64,000 nucleotides of DNA from Octopus sinensis (Eukaryota): assembly GCF_006345805.1 (NCBI RefSeq), contig NC_043019.1, forward strand, positions 29,883,360-29,947,359. Reading direction: 5' to 3'. The position numbers and the translations under genes were made by a program. Below the pieces are notes generated by a model that worked only from the letters and a program-made list of their open reading frames with translations, was not told the DNA's origin and did not search any database. Positions within the stretch are counted from its first letter, which is position 1. Every line of letters begins with the position of its first letter. Shown piece after piece: positions 1-13,150 of the stretch.

Positions 1-233
1 TACGACAACTTTAACACGAAATAACTTCTAAAATACAAAATTTTGTCAAAAACGTTAAGAGTAAACCCTGTTCTATGTGACACATTCTACCAGTATCCGA
101 AGTTGTAAAGTGTTTAATCAAAAAAAATTAATTAAAAAATCTGGTCGTCTGATTGAGATCCAAAAATTGTCAAATTATACATTGGAGTGATAAGAAAAGA
201 CGAACTGAAATCGCAATTATCAACACATTGGAA

Positions 234-280
<47 letters not shown>

Positions 281-630
281 TATGAAAACACAGAGTAGAA
301 GATAGTAAAATAAAATGTACATACACAAACGGAGTGAGAGAACAAGGAGTGGGAGAGTGAACGAAAAAGAAGCGGGAGGGAAAGATATTGAGAAATAAAG
401 CGAAGTGAGAGAGAGAGAGACAGAAGAAAACAGGGAGGAGGAAATTAAAGCGAAAGAAGGGGAGGAGAGTAAGGATAGCGATAGAATAAGAGAGCGAGAG
501 AAAGTGGTGCAAAGAGAAAGAGGAAGAGTGATGCAGAAAGAGAGAGAGAGAGAGAAGGATTATCTTCGTTATTTTTTGTTTGTTTCATGTGCCAAGGATG
601 TATGAGCAGCACTCAGTTTCTGGCATCCAG

Positions 631-650
631 TGAGGCGGAAGCCGGATTTC
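631..650 (+). promoter_or_regulatory. Possible ETS-type promoter motifs upstream of exon 1
   Basis: GCGGAAG and CCGGAT adjacent, ~210 bp upstream of the ATG and downstream of GA-rich tracts. Motif match only. Confidence 0.2.
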
Positions 651-854
651 TGAAACAGTAAAGTATTTATCCATTGAGACAGATCTTGTTTGAGGGAGGA
701 TAGAGGGTAATTGTAATTATGAGCTATGTATGAAACGAAACTAGCGATAAGCCATTTCAAGGGCTGATCTCTCTCGTCGGTGTGATTAGCGGATACAAAG
801 ATAAAATAACATAGATAGTAATTTAGGGACAGGAAAAAAACTCTAGTGTCGGTT

Positions 855-1216
855 ATGGAAGTGAACATCGCTGGACAGTCGAAACCAGTGGAAGTGACTT
901 GTGTTGCAGAGGTGAAGCATCTGGATATTGGGGTGTCCAATACGCTAAATGGAGGAGATACGTCTACATCGGGGGCATATGATGACACGGCTTGTGAAGG
1001 AGACCGATTGTGTGGCTGGTTGTCAGTGCGGCCCAACACCAAGCTTTTGCCTAAAATAAACAAACAAAGATATTTTGTGTTCTCCGAAAAAACATGTAAA
1101 CTTTATCATTACCGGAGTCAACACGACATGCTTCCTTTGGGAGAAATTGATATCTACAATGCTTCTTTCAACTTCGAGGCCAGCAATTTGGATAAACCCG
1201 GCCTGTTCGAAATCAG
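855..1216 (+). CDS. TBC1D2: First coding exon of a PH-domain protein, TBC1D2/TBC1D2B-like Rab-GAP
   Basis: ATG at 855 in strong context (gttATGg) with in-frame TAG at 843-845. Translation LCGWLSV..KQRYFVFSEKTCKLYHYRSQHDMLPLGEIDIYNASF..FEIR resembles the N-terminal PH domain of TBC1D2B as recalled (LCGYL..RWFVFD..CYLYYFKSPQDALPLGHLDIADACF). It ends at a canonical donor AG|GTAAGC (1216/1217, phase 2). Orthology is from memory, not a search. Confidence 0.75.
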
Positions 1217-2979
1217 GTAAGCATGGCGAAATATAACTACATTTACAGTGTAATATGATGATTTAATATAATGTAATATAATATGCACACTTCATAATTT
1301 TATTGATAGGATGTATGTATATGATTGACAAGATTTCCGAAATTCCTTGTTTAATCTATCACCTTATAAATGAAAATATTCTAAAACACCCCCTTTTAGA
1401 ATTATTGTGTTAAAGATGAGGGCGGACGGAATCAACTTCAATCACATGTTTTTCATTTTCAAGTGTATCATACATATATTTAACACGATCACACACATAC
1501 ACACACAACATAAATATAGATATATATATGTATAAACACATTTTCACGTGCGTGTGGTGTGTGTTCTTATTACGGGTTACACATGTAAACATCCACCCGC
1601 GCATCTTTTACTGAATGCATCAAGACACCCGCGATAATTGAGATCCTATCCTTAACATGTTTACATGCAATGCAGACGCCTCATGTGTCCACCACGTAAC
1701 CACCCATCAAATTCCAGGTCCTGTGCATATAGCAGAAAGAATTATATAAAGATTTCTGTAAAATTTTGGAATATAATTCGAAACATTCAACATAAGACAC
1801 TTTAAAAGACAGACAGCACAACTACACTAAAAGCAAAATGCAAAAATTCGAACATCGCTGTTGGTTAATTGATTTTGGTCCAGTTAACTTCGTCTGGTAT
1901 TGTTTTATCGATTCTTCTTCTCGTGTTTTAATCCTGCAAAGTGTTAAAGAATTCCTTCTTTACTGCAGTTCCTTTTAACGAGTGCTATTCTATTTTAGCA
2001 GTTCATTTGAAACATTCTTTAAATTTCTTGCTAAAGAAATTTTGGGGTTGCATTAATTAAAAAAAAAAAAAAATTCTAAAGCGCGAGATTTATCGAAATT
2101 CTAATTATAGATTTACAGAACGTGTTATTATTGGATTGAGGATCAAGTCATGTGTATTCTCTGAAAGCAATCAGTAATTCCTAAAGTCCAACAGTACGAA
2201 AAAGTTCATAATTTTATAAAATCGAATCGAATCGAATTATTTCATTTTCTTAGTATCAATTATTTGTCAAGTTCTGAAACGACCTCATTGAATAGAGGAG
2301 ATTTTTTTTTACAAATATTACATCTATATATACATATATAGTTTTGTCTGTTTCTCTCTCTGTTGATAAATTGTGTTAAGTTCATTAAACTAGATATGTT
2401 GTGACACATAAACAGAGTTGTGTCACACACAACAGATTATTAAAGTGTTTGAAAGGTCATAATTTGTCTTAGTATTATAATTCTATTCATTTCTAGGACG
2501 CTTTATAAGAATAAATCGATTCCCATTCCACTAAGTACTCGACTGGTACTTTACTATATCGACTCTAACTAGAATGAAAGAGCTAAGTTGACCTCAGTAG
2601 AAGATGAACCCAAAGCGTAAAGGGCGTAACTGGATACATCAGGGTTTTTTTTAACTGTGGTTCTTGCCACTAGTAAGGAAGGCTGACTTGTCATTGATAA
2701 ATGGTTCGATACTTTGGTTACACCCGAAGACTGGTGTATAGAGGGCAGGTGGGGGTTTCGTGCGACCAAATCTCTTCAGAATAGCTGCCCCTATTTTCGT
2801 GGTGGTTGTTATGGTTTATAAAAGATAGCATGCATTTATTTGACAAATCTTTTGACGTTCGAATAACACCTATTATCACATGGCTATTATAATGTGTATG
2901 TTTGTATGTTTATTATATAATATATATATATATATACTATATTATATATATATATATATATTATATATATAATATATAT

Positions 2980-3010
<31 letters not shown>

Positions 3011-3244
3011 ATATAGATTGTATGTATGTATGTATGTATGTATATATTACACACACACCACCCTGTTAGTTGCTTTCTATGCGGAACTATATAGTGCATA
3101 ATCAATGTTTTTTCTCGATACGAAAAATAAGGAATTAGTATTAAATTGTCAATCATTCGTGTAAAGTAAATATACATGCGTAGTGAACAGTATCTGTGTT
3201 TTGTTCAATTATTACTTTACTGCTAAGAAAATTTGAAGTAGATA

Positions 3245-3259
3245 GAATCTATCTATCTG

Positions 3260-3313
<54 letters not shown>

Positions 3314-3780
3314 AGTCTGTCTGTCTATCTATCTCAGTATGTTTGTGTGTATATGTATGCATATATAAATGTTTATCTATATAAGTATATATATATATAT
3401 ATATTATATATAGAGATATATAAAGTAGTTAAGCCTATGTCCGGTCATCAATATATATATATGCATATGTATATATGCATATGCATTTGTATATATGCAT
3501 ATATATATATATATGCATATATATATGCATATATATATATGCATATATATATGCATATATATATATGCATATATATATGCATATGTATCTATCTATATAT
3601 ATATGTGTATACATATATATGCATATTATGTATGTGGGTGTATGTGTGTGTATGTATATGTATGTACGTATATATATATATATATGTGTGTGTATATATA
3701 TGTATGTCTATATGGTTATCTATCTGTCTATCTTTCTATCTATCTATCTATTTTTTTTCTCTCTCTCTCTCTCTCTCTCG
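3245..3780. repeat. Compound (TATC)n/(TA)n/(ATGCAT..)n microsatellite
   Basis: Read directly. Confidence 0.95.
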
Positions 3781-4288
3781 CACGCAGACACTTGCTTTAT
3801 GCATTAAGTCCTATTCCATTTATGACTAAACACACACACACTCACTCACACCCGCTAACTCTTTCATGGGTATTGTTTACATATTTCCACGAAAAACCTA
3901 AACAATACGAAATACCATACAGACCTACCCACCCACACGTCCCAACAGCTGTATAGTGATGTAAGACCGATGTTATTTCTAATTACTCAGAAAAGATAAA
4001 TAATTGAAGAGGATTTGTATTCATAATTTCCCCGGCTTAGTGTTTTGTTCCTGTTTTTTTTCTCTCCCCTATTTCCTTTAATACTCTTGTTGTTTAACCT
4101 CCAGCCAGTTCTGATCAAGGGCAACACAGTCGTTTACCACTCCGCCTTTTTAGATGTATCTAGGGGCTACGTTAGCTGATGTTTCCCTTTCTTATTTACG
4201 GCAGTGTCATGGTATGATTTCGGAAGATTTGGCTGCTATTTCTAACTAGGTCGAGCTACTGCGAAATCCCCCAGTCGTTGGCTTCGAG

Positions 4289-4320
<32 letters not shown>

Positions 4321-4373
4321 TCATATTTTTAGTTCTGAATATATATATATATATTATATATATTATATATATA

Positions 4374-4417
<44 letters not shown>

Positions 4418-4459
4418 TCATATTTTTAGTTCTGATGAATATATATATATATATAATAT

Positions 4460-4491
<32 letters not shown>

Positions 4492-4544
4492 ATATATATA
4501 ATATATATGTAATATATATTCATATTTTGAGTTCTGAATATATA

Positions 4545-4728
4545 TATATCTGTCGTTACGTTCTGAGTTCAAATTCCGCCGAGGTCATCAACTTTGCCGT
4601 TCATCCTTTCGGGGTCGATAAATAAAGTACCAGTTTCGCACTGGGGGGTGGGGGCGATATAATCGACTCAATCCCTTCGTCTGTCCTTGTTGTCCCCTCT
4701 ATGTTTAGGCCCCTTCTGGGCAGTAAAG

Positions 4729-4733
<5 letters not shown>
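4545..4733 (+). mobile_element. SINE family 2, 5'-truncated
   Basis: gttctgagttcaaattccgccgagg...gggcagtaaagaaata within (TA)n. Confidence 0.75.
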
Positions 4734-4765
<32 letters not shown>

Positions 4766-5279
4766 ATAAGTGCTAATGAACGAAACCCTCGGCCCTCGAG
4801 TCACTCCTGCTTCTGTTAAATATTAATAAAAATTCATATATATTAATATTTTGAGTTCTACTTTTCCTGTTTGCATCACATAACCTATATATATATATAT
4901 AATCATACACGAAAACTATCCGCCTTTGAATATCTTGTAACTTTATGTAGATTAAAAACAAAAATAATGTGTGTATATGTGTGTGTGTGTGTGTGTCTGT
5001 GTGTATGTGGTGTGTGTGTATATATACATTTCTATATATACACGCGCACACAAACATACTTGTAGGATGGGTTAAGGCCCGCTTATTTTGTGTGTGTGTA
5101 TGTGTGTCCTTTCCTAAATAGACAACTGTTTGCTGTGTTATATAAAGTTACATGTAATGTGGGCGGATGATCATAGTCACGATAGAAATTTTCGTGTCTG
5201 TCATCCAAAACACAGAATTCAGTATCTCTTAAAATGTAGTTTTTTATTAAACAACTTTTGAGTATTTGTATATTTGTGT

Positions 5280-5444
5280 GTCTATCTGTCTGTTTATGAC
5301 AATCTGTCTGTCATTTTATTTCTACCTATCTATCTATCTGTCTGTCTGCCTGCCTGCCTATCTGTCTGTCTGTCTGTCTGTCTATCTAACTGTCTGTCTG
5401 TCTGTCTGTCTGTCTGCCTGCCTGCCTGCCTGCCTATCTATATA

Positions 5445-5483
<39 letters not shown>

Positions 5484-5533
5484 TTCTGTCTGTCTGTCTG
5501 TCTGCCTGCCTGCCTGCCTGCCTGACTGACTGA

Positions 5534-5608
<75 letters not shown>

Positions 5609-5700
5609 CCTACCTACCTACCTACCTATCTATCTATCTGTCTGTCTGTCTGTCCCTCTGTCAGTCTATCTGTCTGTCTCTTTATCTCTCTCTCTCTATC
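5280..5700. repeat. (TCTG)n/(CCTG)n/(TCTA)n tetranucleotide tract
   Basis: Read directly. Confidence 0.95.
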
Positions 5701-6192
5701 TTTCTCTGGTTTTGTGAAATTCAGAGTTCTATTAGAGAACACTCCGCGCTCTATATTAATCAATTAGTCTCTACTTCAGTATTGAGTGCTTCTTGTTTGA
5801 GATTCCAGTATACACTTATCTCCATATATAACGAGACACAAGGAAAACTTCAGAGTAATGAAGTGAAAGAAACTGTAACTAGTTTTAATAATGATTAAAA
5901 TCCGAGATTCACATTTTTGCGTGTGTGTGTGTGTGTGTTCTTATGTTTATATACAGTGTGTGTGTGTGTGTGTGTGTAAAAGTAGGTATACAGTAAGTAT
6001 CACCTCAATGTTAATACTTAATTCATTAAAATTCTTAGCACATTAAATTAGCCTAATTTTTGATGTCTTCATTGTTATTATCATAATAATACATTTGTCA
6101 TAACTATGATAATGAGAAGAAATTAGCTATTTAACTATCATAATACTTTTATCGTAACTTTTAATTTTTTTTCATAAAGATAAATGAGTATT

Positions 6193-6613
6193 CTCTTTAC
6201 TCTTTTACTCTTTTACTTGTTTCAGTCATTTGACTGCAGCCATGCTGGAGCACCGCCTTTAGTCGAGCAAATTGACCCCGGGACTTATTCTTTGTAAGCC
6301 CAGTACTTATTCTATCGGTCTCTTTTGCCGAACCGCTAAGTGATGGGGACGTAAAAACACACAGCATCGGTTTTGTAAGCAATGCTAGGGAGACAACCAG
6401 ACACACAAACACAGACACACACACACATATATATATATACATATATACGACAGGCTTCTTTCAGTTTCTGTCTACCAAATCCACTCACAAGGCATTGGTC
6501 GGCCCAGGGCTATAGCAGAAGACACTCGCCCAAGGTGCCACACAGTGGGACTGAACCCAGAACCATGTGGTTGGTTAGCAAGCTACTTACCACACAACCA
6601 CTCCTGTGCCTAT
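6193..6613 (-). mobile_element. Bipartite SINE family 3 with internal microsatellite
   Basis: Head ggagtggctgtgtggtaag..gggttcagtcccact..ccttgggcaagtgtctt; internal (TA)n/(TG)n; 3' module ending (taaaagag)n. Confidence 0.85.
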
Positions 6614-7317
6614 TGTACATGTTTTTTTCTTTTTTCATAACTGTATACCTACTTTTGCACCACCCTGTATACAAATGCACAGTGAAGGCGCGTGGCTTAG
6701 TGGTTTTGGTGCTCAACTGACAATCATGACATCGTGAGTTCGATTCTTGGTGGCGCATGTGAGATTTAGTTTTAACCTCGAATAACACCCTTGAGTTTTC
6801 AAAGAACAAGGAAGTACATACTGATTGACGTAAGTGTGTGCACGTGTGTGTTGTTGGGGTGAAGCCGGTTTAGATTACGAATATGGCCATTGGTCAGCTG
6901 CATCAGAGGTGACTCAAGGCTAAAATATGGTGTTGTTCTGAGTGAGTCGACAAAGGGTGTCTTTGTGTAGTTGTTTGATCCGTCACAAATAGCAACTAAA
7001 CAGAGGGCAACTTAATATCAAGATTAAAAATAATATCACAAACGACAACTTAATACCTTAAAGTTTAAAAATTTTAAAACACACTGGATATATGGTTGTA
7101 GATATGGTAAAAAACAGTATGGACATATTTGGAACATTTTTGATCAAATGTTTGCTCAATTAGAACTGACTTGGGCTTTGACAGACATCATCATTTTAAG
7201 GTTTATTTCGCCCTTCTATGAAGGGCTTTGCAACTTAATTGCCTTTACCTTTCCTTCATAATCTTCGTCATCTTATCACTGAAAGTCCCTCTTCCCCATC
7301 CTACAATTTCTTACTCA

Positions 7318-7719
7318 ATAGGCGCAGGAGTGGCTTGCTAAGTAGCATGTTTACCAACCATGGTTCCGGGTTCAGTCCCACTGCATGGCACCTTGGGCAG
7401 TGTCTTCTACTATAGCCTCAGTGCCGATCAAACCTTGTGAGTGGATTTTGTATCGGAAACTGAAAAGAAGCCTGTCGTATATATGTATATATATATATAT
7501 ATGCATGTGTGTGTTTGTGTGTCTGTGTTTGTCCCCCTAGCATTGCTTGACAACCGATGCTGGTGTGTTTATGTCCCCATTACTTAGTGGTTCGGCAAAA
7601 GGGACCGATAGAATAAGTACTGGGCTTACAAAAGAATAAGTCCCGGGGTCGAGTTGCTCGATTAAAGGCGGTGCTCCAGCATGGCCACAGTCAAATGACT
7701 GAAACAAGTAAAAGAGTAA
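7318..7719 (+). mobile_element. SINE family 3
   Basis: Same bipartite structure. Confidence 0.85.
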
Positions 7720-8486
7720 TCTTCCTCTCTGTTAGTCAAGCTAATAAAAGACCCTGGTTAATGTCATTTGACTTGTTATTAATAGTAGCGAAGTTTCTCT
7801 CAAATCACATACTACTGTCATAAGGAAGGAAGGACACATTGGATAATGTTATGTTTGAAATGCCATTGATTATAAATCTGTTTGATCAAGGCTGATCAGT
7901 GGGATTTGAACTCAGGATGCAGAGACTAGCAAACACTGCTCTAATAATAGTTTCAAATTTTGGCACGAGGTCAGCAATTTCGAGGGGAGGAGCTAAGTCA
8001 ATTACATTGACCCCAGTCTGGTACTTGTTTTAGCTACACTGAAAGGACGAAAGGCAAAGCTGACCGTGGCAGAATTTGAACTCAGAACGTGAATATAGAC
8101 AAAATGCCACTAAGCATTTTATCCAGCTTGTTAATGATTCTGCCAGCTTGGCACCGTAAACACTGCTCTCATAAAATCCTTTCTGCTGCAGGCAGGAACC
8201 CAAAATTTTGTGAGTGGGGACTACTTGATTACATCGACACCAGGGCTCAACTGGTGCACATTTCATTGACCCCCGAAAAAATAAAATGCAATGTCAACTT
8301 TGGTGGAATTTGAACTCAGAACGTGAAGATGGATGAAATGTCATTAAGTCTTTTCACCCAGCTTGCTAACAGTTCTGCCAGCTCACCACCTTAAATTCTG
8401 CTCTAATAATAACAATAATAATAACAACTTCTAATGTATGTACCTGACTTGAAATTTGTGGGAGGGTCGATGATTATATTGATTCC

Positions 8487-8880
8487 GTGGAGGTGCAATG
8501 GCCCAGGGGTTGGGCAGCGGACTCGGGTCGTAGGAATCGCGGTTTCGATTCCCAGCCCGGGCCGTTGTGAGTGTTTATTGAGCGAAAACACCTAAAGCTC
8601 CACGAGGCCTCCCGCAGGGGATGGTGGTGATCCCTGCTGTACTCTTTCAACCAAACTTTTCTCTCACTCTTACTACTTCCTGTTTCTTCTGTTGTACCTG
8701 TATTTCAAAGGGCCGGCCTTGTCACTCTCTGTGTGTCACCTTGAATATCCCCGAGAACTACGTTAAGGGTACACGTGTCTGTGGAGTGCTCAGCCTTACA
8801 CGTTAATTTCACGAGCAGGCTGTTTTCCGTTGATCGGATCAACCGGAACCCCTCGTCGTCGTAACCGACTGGATGAGCTT
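8487..8880 (+). mobile_element. tRNA-headed SINE family 1 (hairpin tail)
   Basis: A-box (TGGCCCAGTGG-like) and B-box (GGTTTCGATTCCC) head; tail gttccgttgatcggatcaac..cgtcgtcgtaaccgac. Confidence 0.85.
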
Positions 8881-9990
8881 CCCCATATTGATTCCAGTAG
8901 TTGCATAGTATTCTGCTTTATTGATCCCAGATGGATGAAAGGAATGTTGACCTGTATGTAGATTGAACTCAGAATGTGACTATATACTGTATTTTCTGTC
9001 ATTAAGTCAAACTTTTCAAATCCAATTTATTGGTTCACCACCACACAAGAGCATCACTTTCAGGGTTTTTTTTTTTTAGTTTATCATTATGACTCAAATG
9101 CTTAATTCAGTTGGGTGAACAGGCTATATTTACCATACCAAGGGACTGGTGTTATAATAAATGTATTCTATTCATTTTGCTAATGGATGACAATAATAAG
9201 TGAAGCTATTCATAAATATAGCTTGTCCACCTTGCCAGTAACCATTCATAGAACCCTAGCCAACGAGGGAGTTTATGTGCTATTGATTGACCTCTTAGAA
9301 ACAGCAGCCACACCTTACTTGTATCACATTTTACTGTCTTAAAAAAAGGAAGGATATATTGAACAGTGGAGTTCCTATATTCTATATATATATTTTCAGG
9401 AATGTCAGAGTCCTGAGTAAAATGAAAAATTAAAATAGCATGCCATTAATGAATGTTTTTGAGTGAAAATAGTTTACTGATAATGGTCTTTGAACCATCA
9501 ATGTTTTGGATTGAGCATTCCTTACAATTACTGTACTGCAAGTTAGAAATTATACAAAGCACAAAGTCAAAGTAAGCAGACAGTAACACACACACACATA
9601 CACATACATACATACATATGTACATACACACACATACATACATACACACATACATACATGTATACATATATACATGTATGAGAGTACATGGCTTAGTTGT
9701 CAGGGTGTTGCACTCCTGACTGCAACATCATAGTTTCAACACCTGGACTGGGTGGCATGTTGTGTTCATGAACAAAACACTTCATCTGTGTTGCTGTGCA
9801 ATCATTTCAACACCTGATGCATGGTACACAGTACACCTGTTCAGGTAACATCTATTTGATAGCAGGAGTGTGCTAATGTTCAGCATATACATTTCATCAC
9901 TATAAACAAATCATTTATGCAAGTTGTCCAGCAAGAAACTGCTGAACCATCTTTCTTGGTTTACAGAAGATCACCACTATGTCATCTATA

Positions 9991-10556
9991 TTGGGTTGTC
10001 CGGAAAGTTTGTGCCGATTTATAGTAGCTTACCTTTCAACTTATTTTAGAACATGGATGAGTCCATAAAATAGGATTTGACTACACCTCCATTTAGAGCA
10101 CAGTTTAAGCTATCTTTTCGTGGAAGAAGGTTCATGTTCCTATAACCTGTGTTAATTCTGTAACCCTTTAAAATGGAAGATAAGAAAGTTCATTTTTGGC
10201 ACTTGATGCTTTGGGAACCAGATAAAAATTGCTGCAGCTCGGCTGGGATGTGTTACCCCACCCTCCATATTCACCAGATATTGCTCCTTCGGATTTCCAC
10301 TTATTCAGATCTCTGCAGAATAGTCTTAATGGTAAAAATTTCAATTCCTTGGATGACATAAAAAGATACCGTGATGAATTCTTTGCCATGAAACTACCTC
10401 AATTCTGGGAAGAGGGTATTTTCAAGTTAAAGGAAAGATGGAGACTCATTGTGCAACAAACTGGTTCATATTTGGTTGATTAAAAATGTAATGGCAAGTA
10501 TTTATTGACCATTTTCTTTTCTTTAAAAATCGGCACAAACTTTCCAGACAATCCAA
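9991..10556 (+). mobile_element. Internally deleted mariner element
   Basis: 30-bp TIRs (ttgggttgtccggaaagtttgtgccgattt / aaatcggcacaaactttccagacaatccaa, 2 mismatches) and TA TSD. It retains an N-terminal stub MEDKKVHFWHLMLWE and the C-terminal WDVLPHPPYSPDIAPSDFHLF transposase motif. Confidence 0.92.
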
Positions 10557-10944
10557 TACATATGGTTTACATAATTACCTTTATGTCATATATACACATA
10601 TATGAAAACCCTCCCTGTCTGTCTACCAAATCCACTCACAAGTCATTGGTTGGCCCAGGGCTATAGTTGATGATGCTTGCCCAGGGTGACACGCAGTGGG
10701 ACGAAACCTTCTTACCACACTGTCATGCCTGCATCTATGTAGCTTATGAAATGATTCCAGTTCTTGATTGGTACTTTGCTAATTGCAGTAGGACGAAAGG
10801 TGGCATTAAAACAGCAAGATTTGAACTTAGAATATAGATGACTGCAACTAAATATCCCAATACCTTTCATTTGCTGTTGTAATAATTCTATCCATCCACT
10901 AACCTCCAATGTGACCGCATGTGTACCGTTGGCGATTTTTTTTT

Positions 10945-11110
10945 CCCTCTGTCTTCCCTTCTCTGGATCTTTCCTTCTCCTATGTTTCCGACGAAGAGCT
11001 CCGCTCAAAACGTTAAACCCTCCTTCTTTCCTTCTTTCCTGAGCGTCCAATAATACTATATTTGTTCCACGTCCTCACGTTGTTGTGTTTTTTTGTACTT
11101 TCTTGTTTGG
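10945..11110 (+). mobile_element. Short repeat family carrying a minimal hammerhead-like motif (copy 1)
   Basis: Highly similar to 19835-20022 on the opposite strand; motif gttt-CCGACGA-AGAGCtccGCTC-aAAA-CGTT-aaac; runs into a (CATA)n/(TA)n tract. Confidence 0.6.
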
Positions 11111-11125
11111 ATTAACTTTACATAC

Positions 11126-11174
<49 letters not shown>

Positions 11175-11176
<2 letters not shown>

Positions 11177-11361
11177 GGGAAAGTTTACGAAAATAAACAA
11201 AAGACGAAGACAGGTGGTGTACAAAACAAACAGATGTATTAGTATAGCACTCAAGAATAGAAAAAGTCTTTTACCTTTCGAGCCTACGCTCTGTTACAGA
11301 AAGGTACACAGAAAAAAACAAGGAGAGGAAAAAAATGTGTGTAGTGGCTAACGATCTATCA

Positions 11362-11370
<9 letters not shown>
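11175..11370 (-). mobile_element. Second short repeat with a degenerate minimal hammerhead-like motif
   Basis: Reverse complement: cttt-CTGTAAC-AGAGCgtagGCTC-GAAA-GGTA-aaag; (TA)n on both sides. Confidence 0.4.
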
Positions 11371-11403
<33 letters not shown>

Positions 11404-11948
11404 GAGAGAGAGAGAGAGAGAGAGTAATAACTGCAAGACACTCTGTCTCTGTGTGTCTATCTATCCATCTACCTGTCTCTCTCACTCTCTCTCTATCTGT
11501 CTATTCATCTCTTCAATAGAGTTTTAAGTATAGCTATAACTCTTCTGGGAAGCTATTTTAAGTGACCCATCCTACCAAGCCTAGATGTCATGGAGACATC
11601 TCAGTTGTTTCCGACTTTTATTCATTGGTTTCAACACGTGCTGTTTTGATTTGGCTTTGTTGTTAAATTTTTAACAACCTTCAGAAAATATTTATCACTT
11701 CACAGCTGCAGTTAGGATTGTGTTGTCAAAAGTTTGCTTTTCAACCACATGTTTCTTGGTTCAATCCCACTGCATGGCTACCTTGGGCAAGTGTCTTCTT
11801 TTATAGCTTTGGCCCAACCAAGGCCTTCTGAGTAGATTTGGTTGACTGAAACTCTGTGTGTGTGTGTGTGTGTATATATAGAGTCTGCCAAAAAAATGTA
11901 TACACACTTCAGGAAAGGAAAAAATCTGTATAAATATTAGGTTGAGGA

Positions 11949-12102
11949 GGCTGTGTGGTAAGTTGCTTGCTTATCAACCACATCGTTCCGGGTTCATTCC
12001 CACTGCGTGGCACCTTGGGCAAGTTTCTTCTACTATAGCCTCGGGCCGACCAAAGCCTTGTGAGTGGATTTGGTAGACGGAAACTGAAAGAAGCCTGTCG
12101 TA

Positions 12103-12141
<39 letters not shown>

Positions 12142-12352
12142 GTGTGTGTGCGTGTGTTTGTGTGTCTGTGTTTGTCCCCCAACATCACTTGACAACCGAT
12201 GGTGTTTACATCCCTGTAATTTAGCAGTTTGGTAAAAGAGACCAATAGAATAAGTACTAGGCTTCCAAAGAATAAGTCCTGGGGTCAATTTGTCAACTAA
12301 AGGTGGTGTTCCAGCATGGCCACAGTCAAATGACTGAAACACGTAAAAGAGT
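11949..12352 (+). mobile_element. SINE family 3 within the mariner relic
   Basis: Same structure; begins directly after the mariner left-TIR stub. Confidence 0.8.
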
Positions 12353-12929
12353 GTGTTAAAATAATGCTTTTTTAAATATATTTTTGTGGTGTGTGTGTGT
12401 TCATTCAGCAAGCATTGGGTCCCAAAAGGTCAAACTCCCTAATGCGTTCCTAAACAAAATCAGTTTGGAAAGAAGATCATGATTCCTGTTTGGTGGAACT
12501 TTGTAGGAATCTTGCATTTTGAACTTGTGCTGAATGGTCGCGCCATCAACGCTGATCTTCACTGCGAGCAACTTGATTAAGTCTACGATGCACCGGTTGG
12601 AAAGTACCCTAAACCTGTTTGTCGAAAATGCACTTTGTTTCAACAAATCTGCATACTGCCAGAAAGACCAGCAACAAGATTGAAGAATTGGATGGTGTGG
12701 AAGTCCTGCCACATCCAGCCTATAGTCCAGACATTGCTCCATCTGACTACAGTCTCTTCTGATCAATGCAGCACTTTATGAAAGGGCACAAATTTGAGTC
12801 ATTTGATGAAGTTGAAGAAACCTGTCAAGAATTTTTCAATTCAAAGACGAAGGATTGGTACTTTGACCAAATCTGAAAGCTTGGAGATCGTTGGCAGAAG
12901 GTCGTGGAAAATGATGGTCTTTATTTTAA

Positions 12930-13150
12930 CCTTTTAGCATTTAAACCGGCCATATCCGGCCAGAAGTACTCTGCCTGTTCTATGTTCAAACTGGCCAGAT
13001 CTGGTCTCTCACACCAACCCTACAATATCATTTTAAAAATTAACAGCTACCTCATCAAAATCTCATAGCTACAAGATAATGCAGGATTAGTTCAAAACAA
13101 TGTGGATGAAAAAGGATTAATTTTGGCAGAATAATGTGAACACTAAAGGG
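12930..13150 (+). mobile_element. TTAA-flanked (piggyBac-type) MITE
   Basis: TTAA|ccttttag...ctaaaggg|TTAA; related copies at 29022-29241 and 40375-40539. Confidence 0.75.

Noticed and set aside
132-605. ORFs upstream of the gene (132-512 minus, 405-605 plus, 569-1063 minus)
   Set aside because: GA-repeat translations or antisense shadows of exon 1.
2756-2779. Minus-strand CTGAAGA..CGAAAC hammerhead-like signature
   Set aside because: Stem II does not pair and there is no stem III or NUH triplet; at best a decayed relic.
3347-3956. Tyr/Ile/His/Met ORFs (also 35225-35854 and 55667-56086)
   Set aside because: Microsatellite translations.
8487-8560. SINE heads as genuine tRNA genes
   Set aside because: They continue into 200-300 bp bodies with tails and TSDs; no proper acceptor stem or Pol III terminator.
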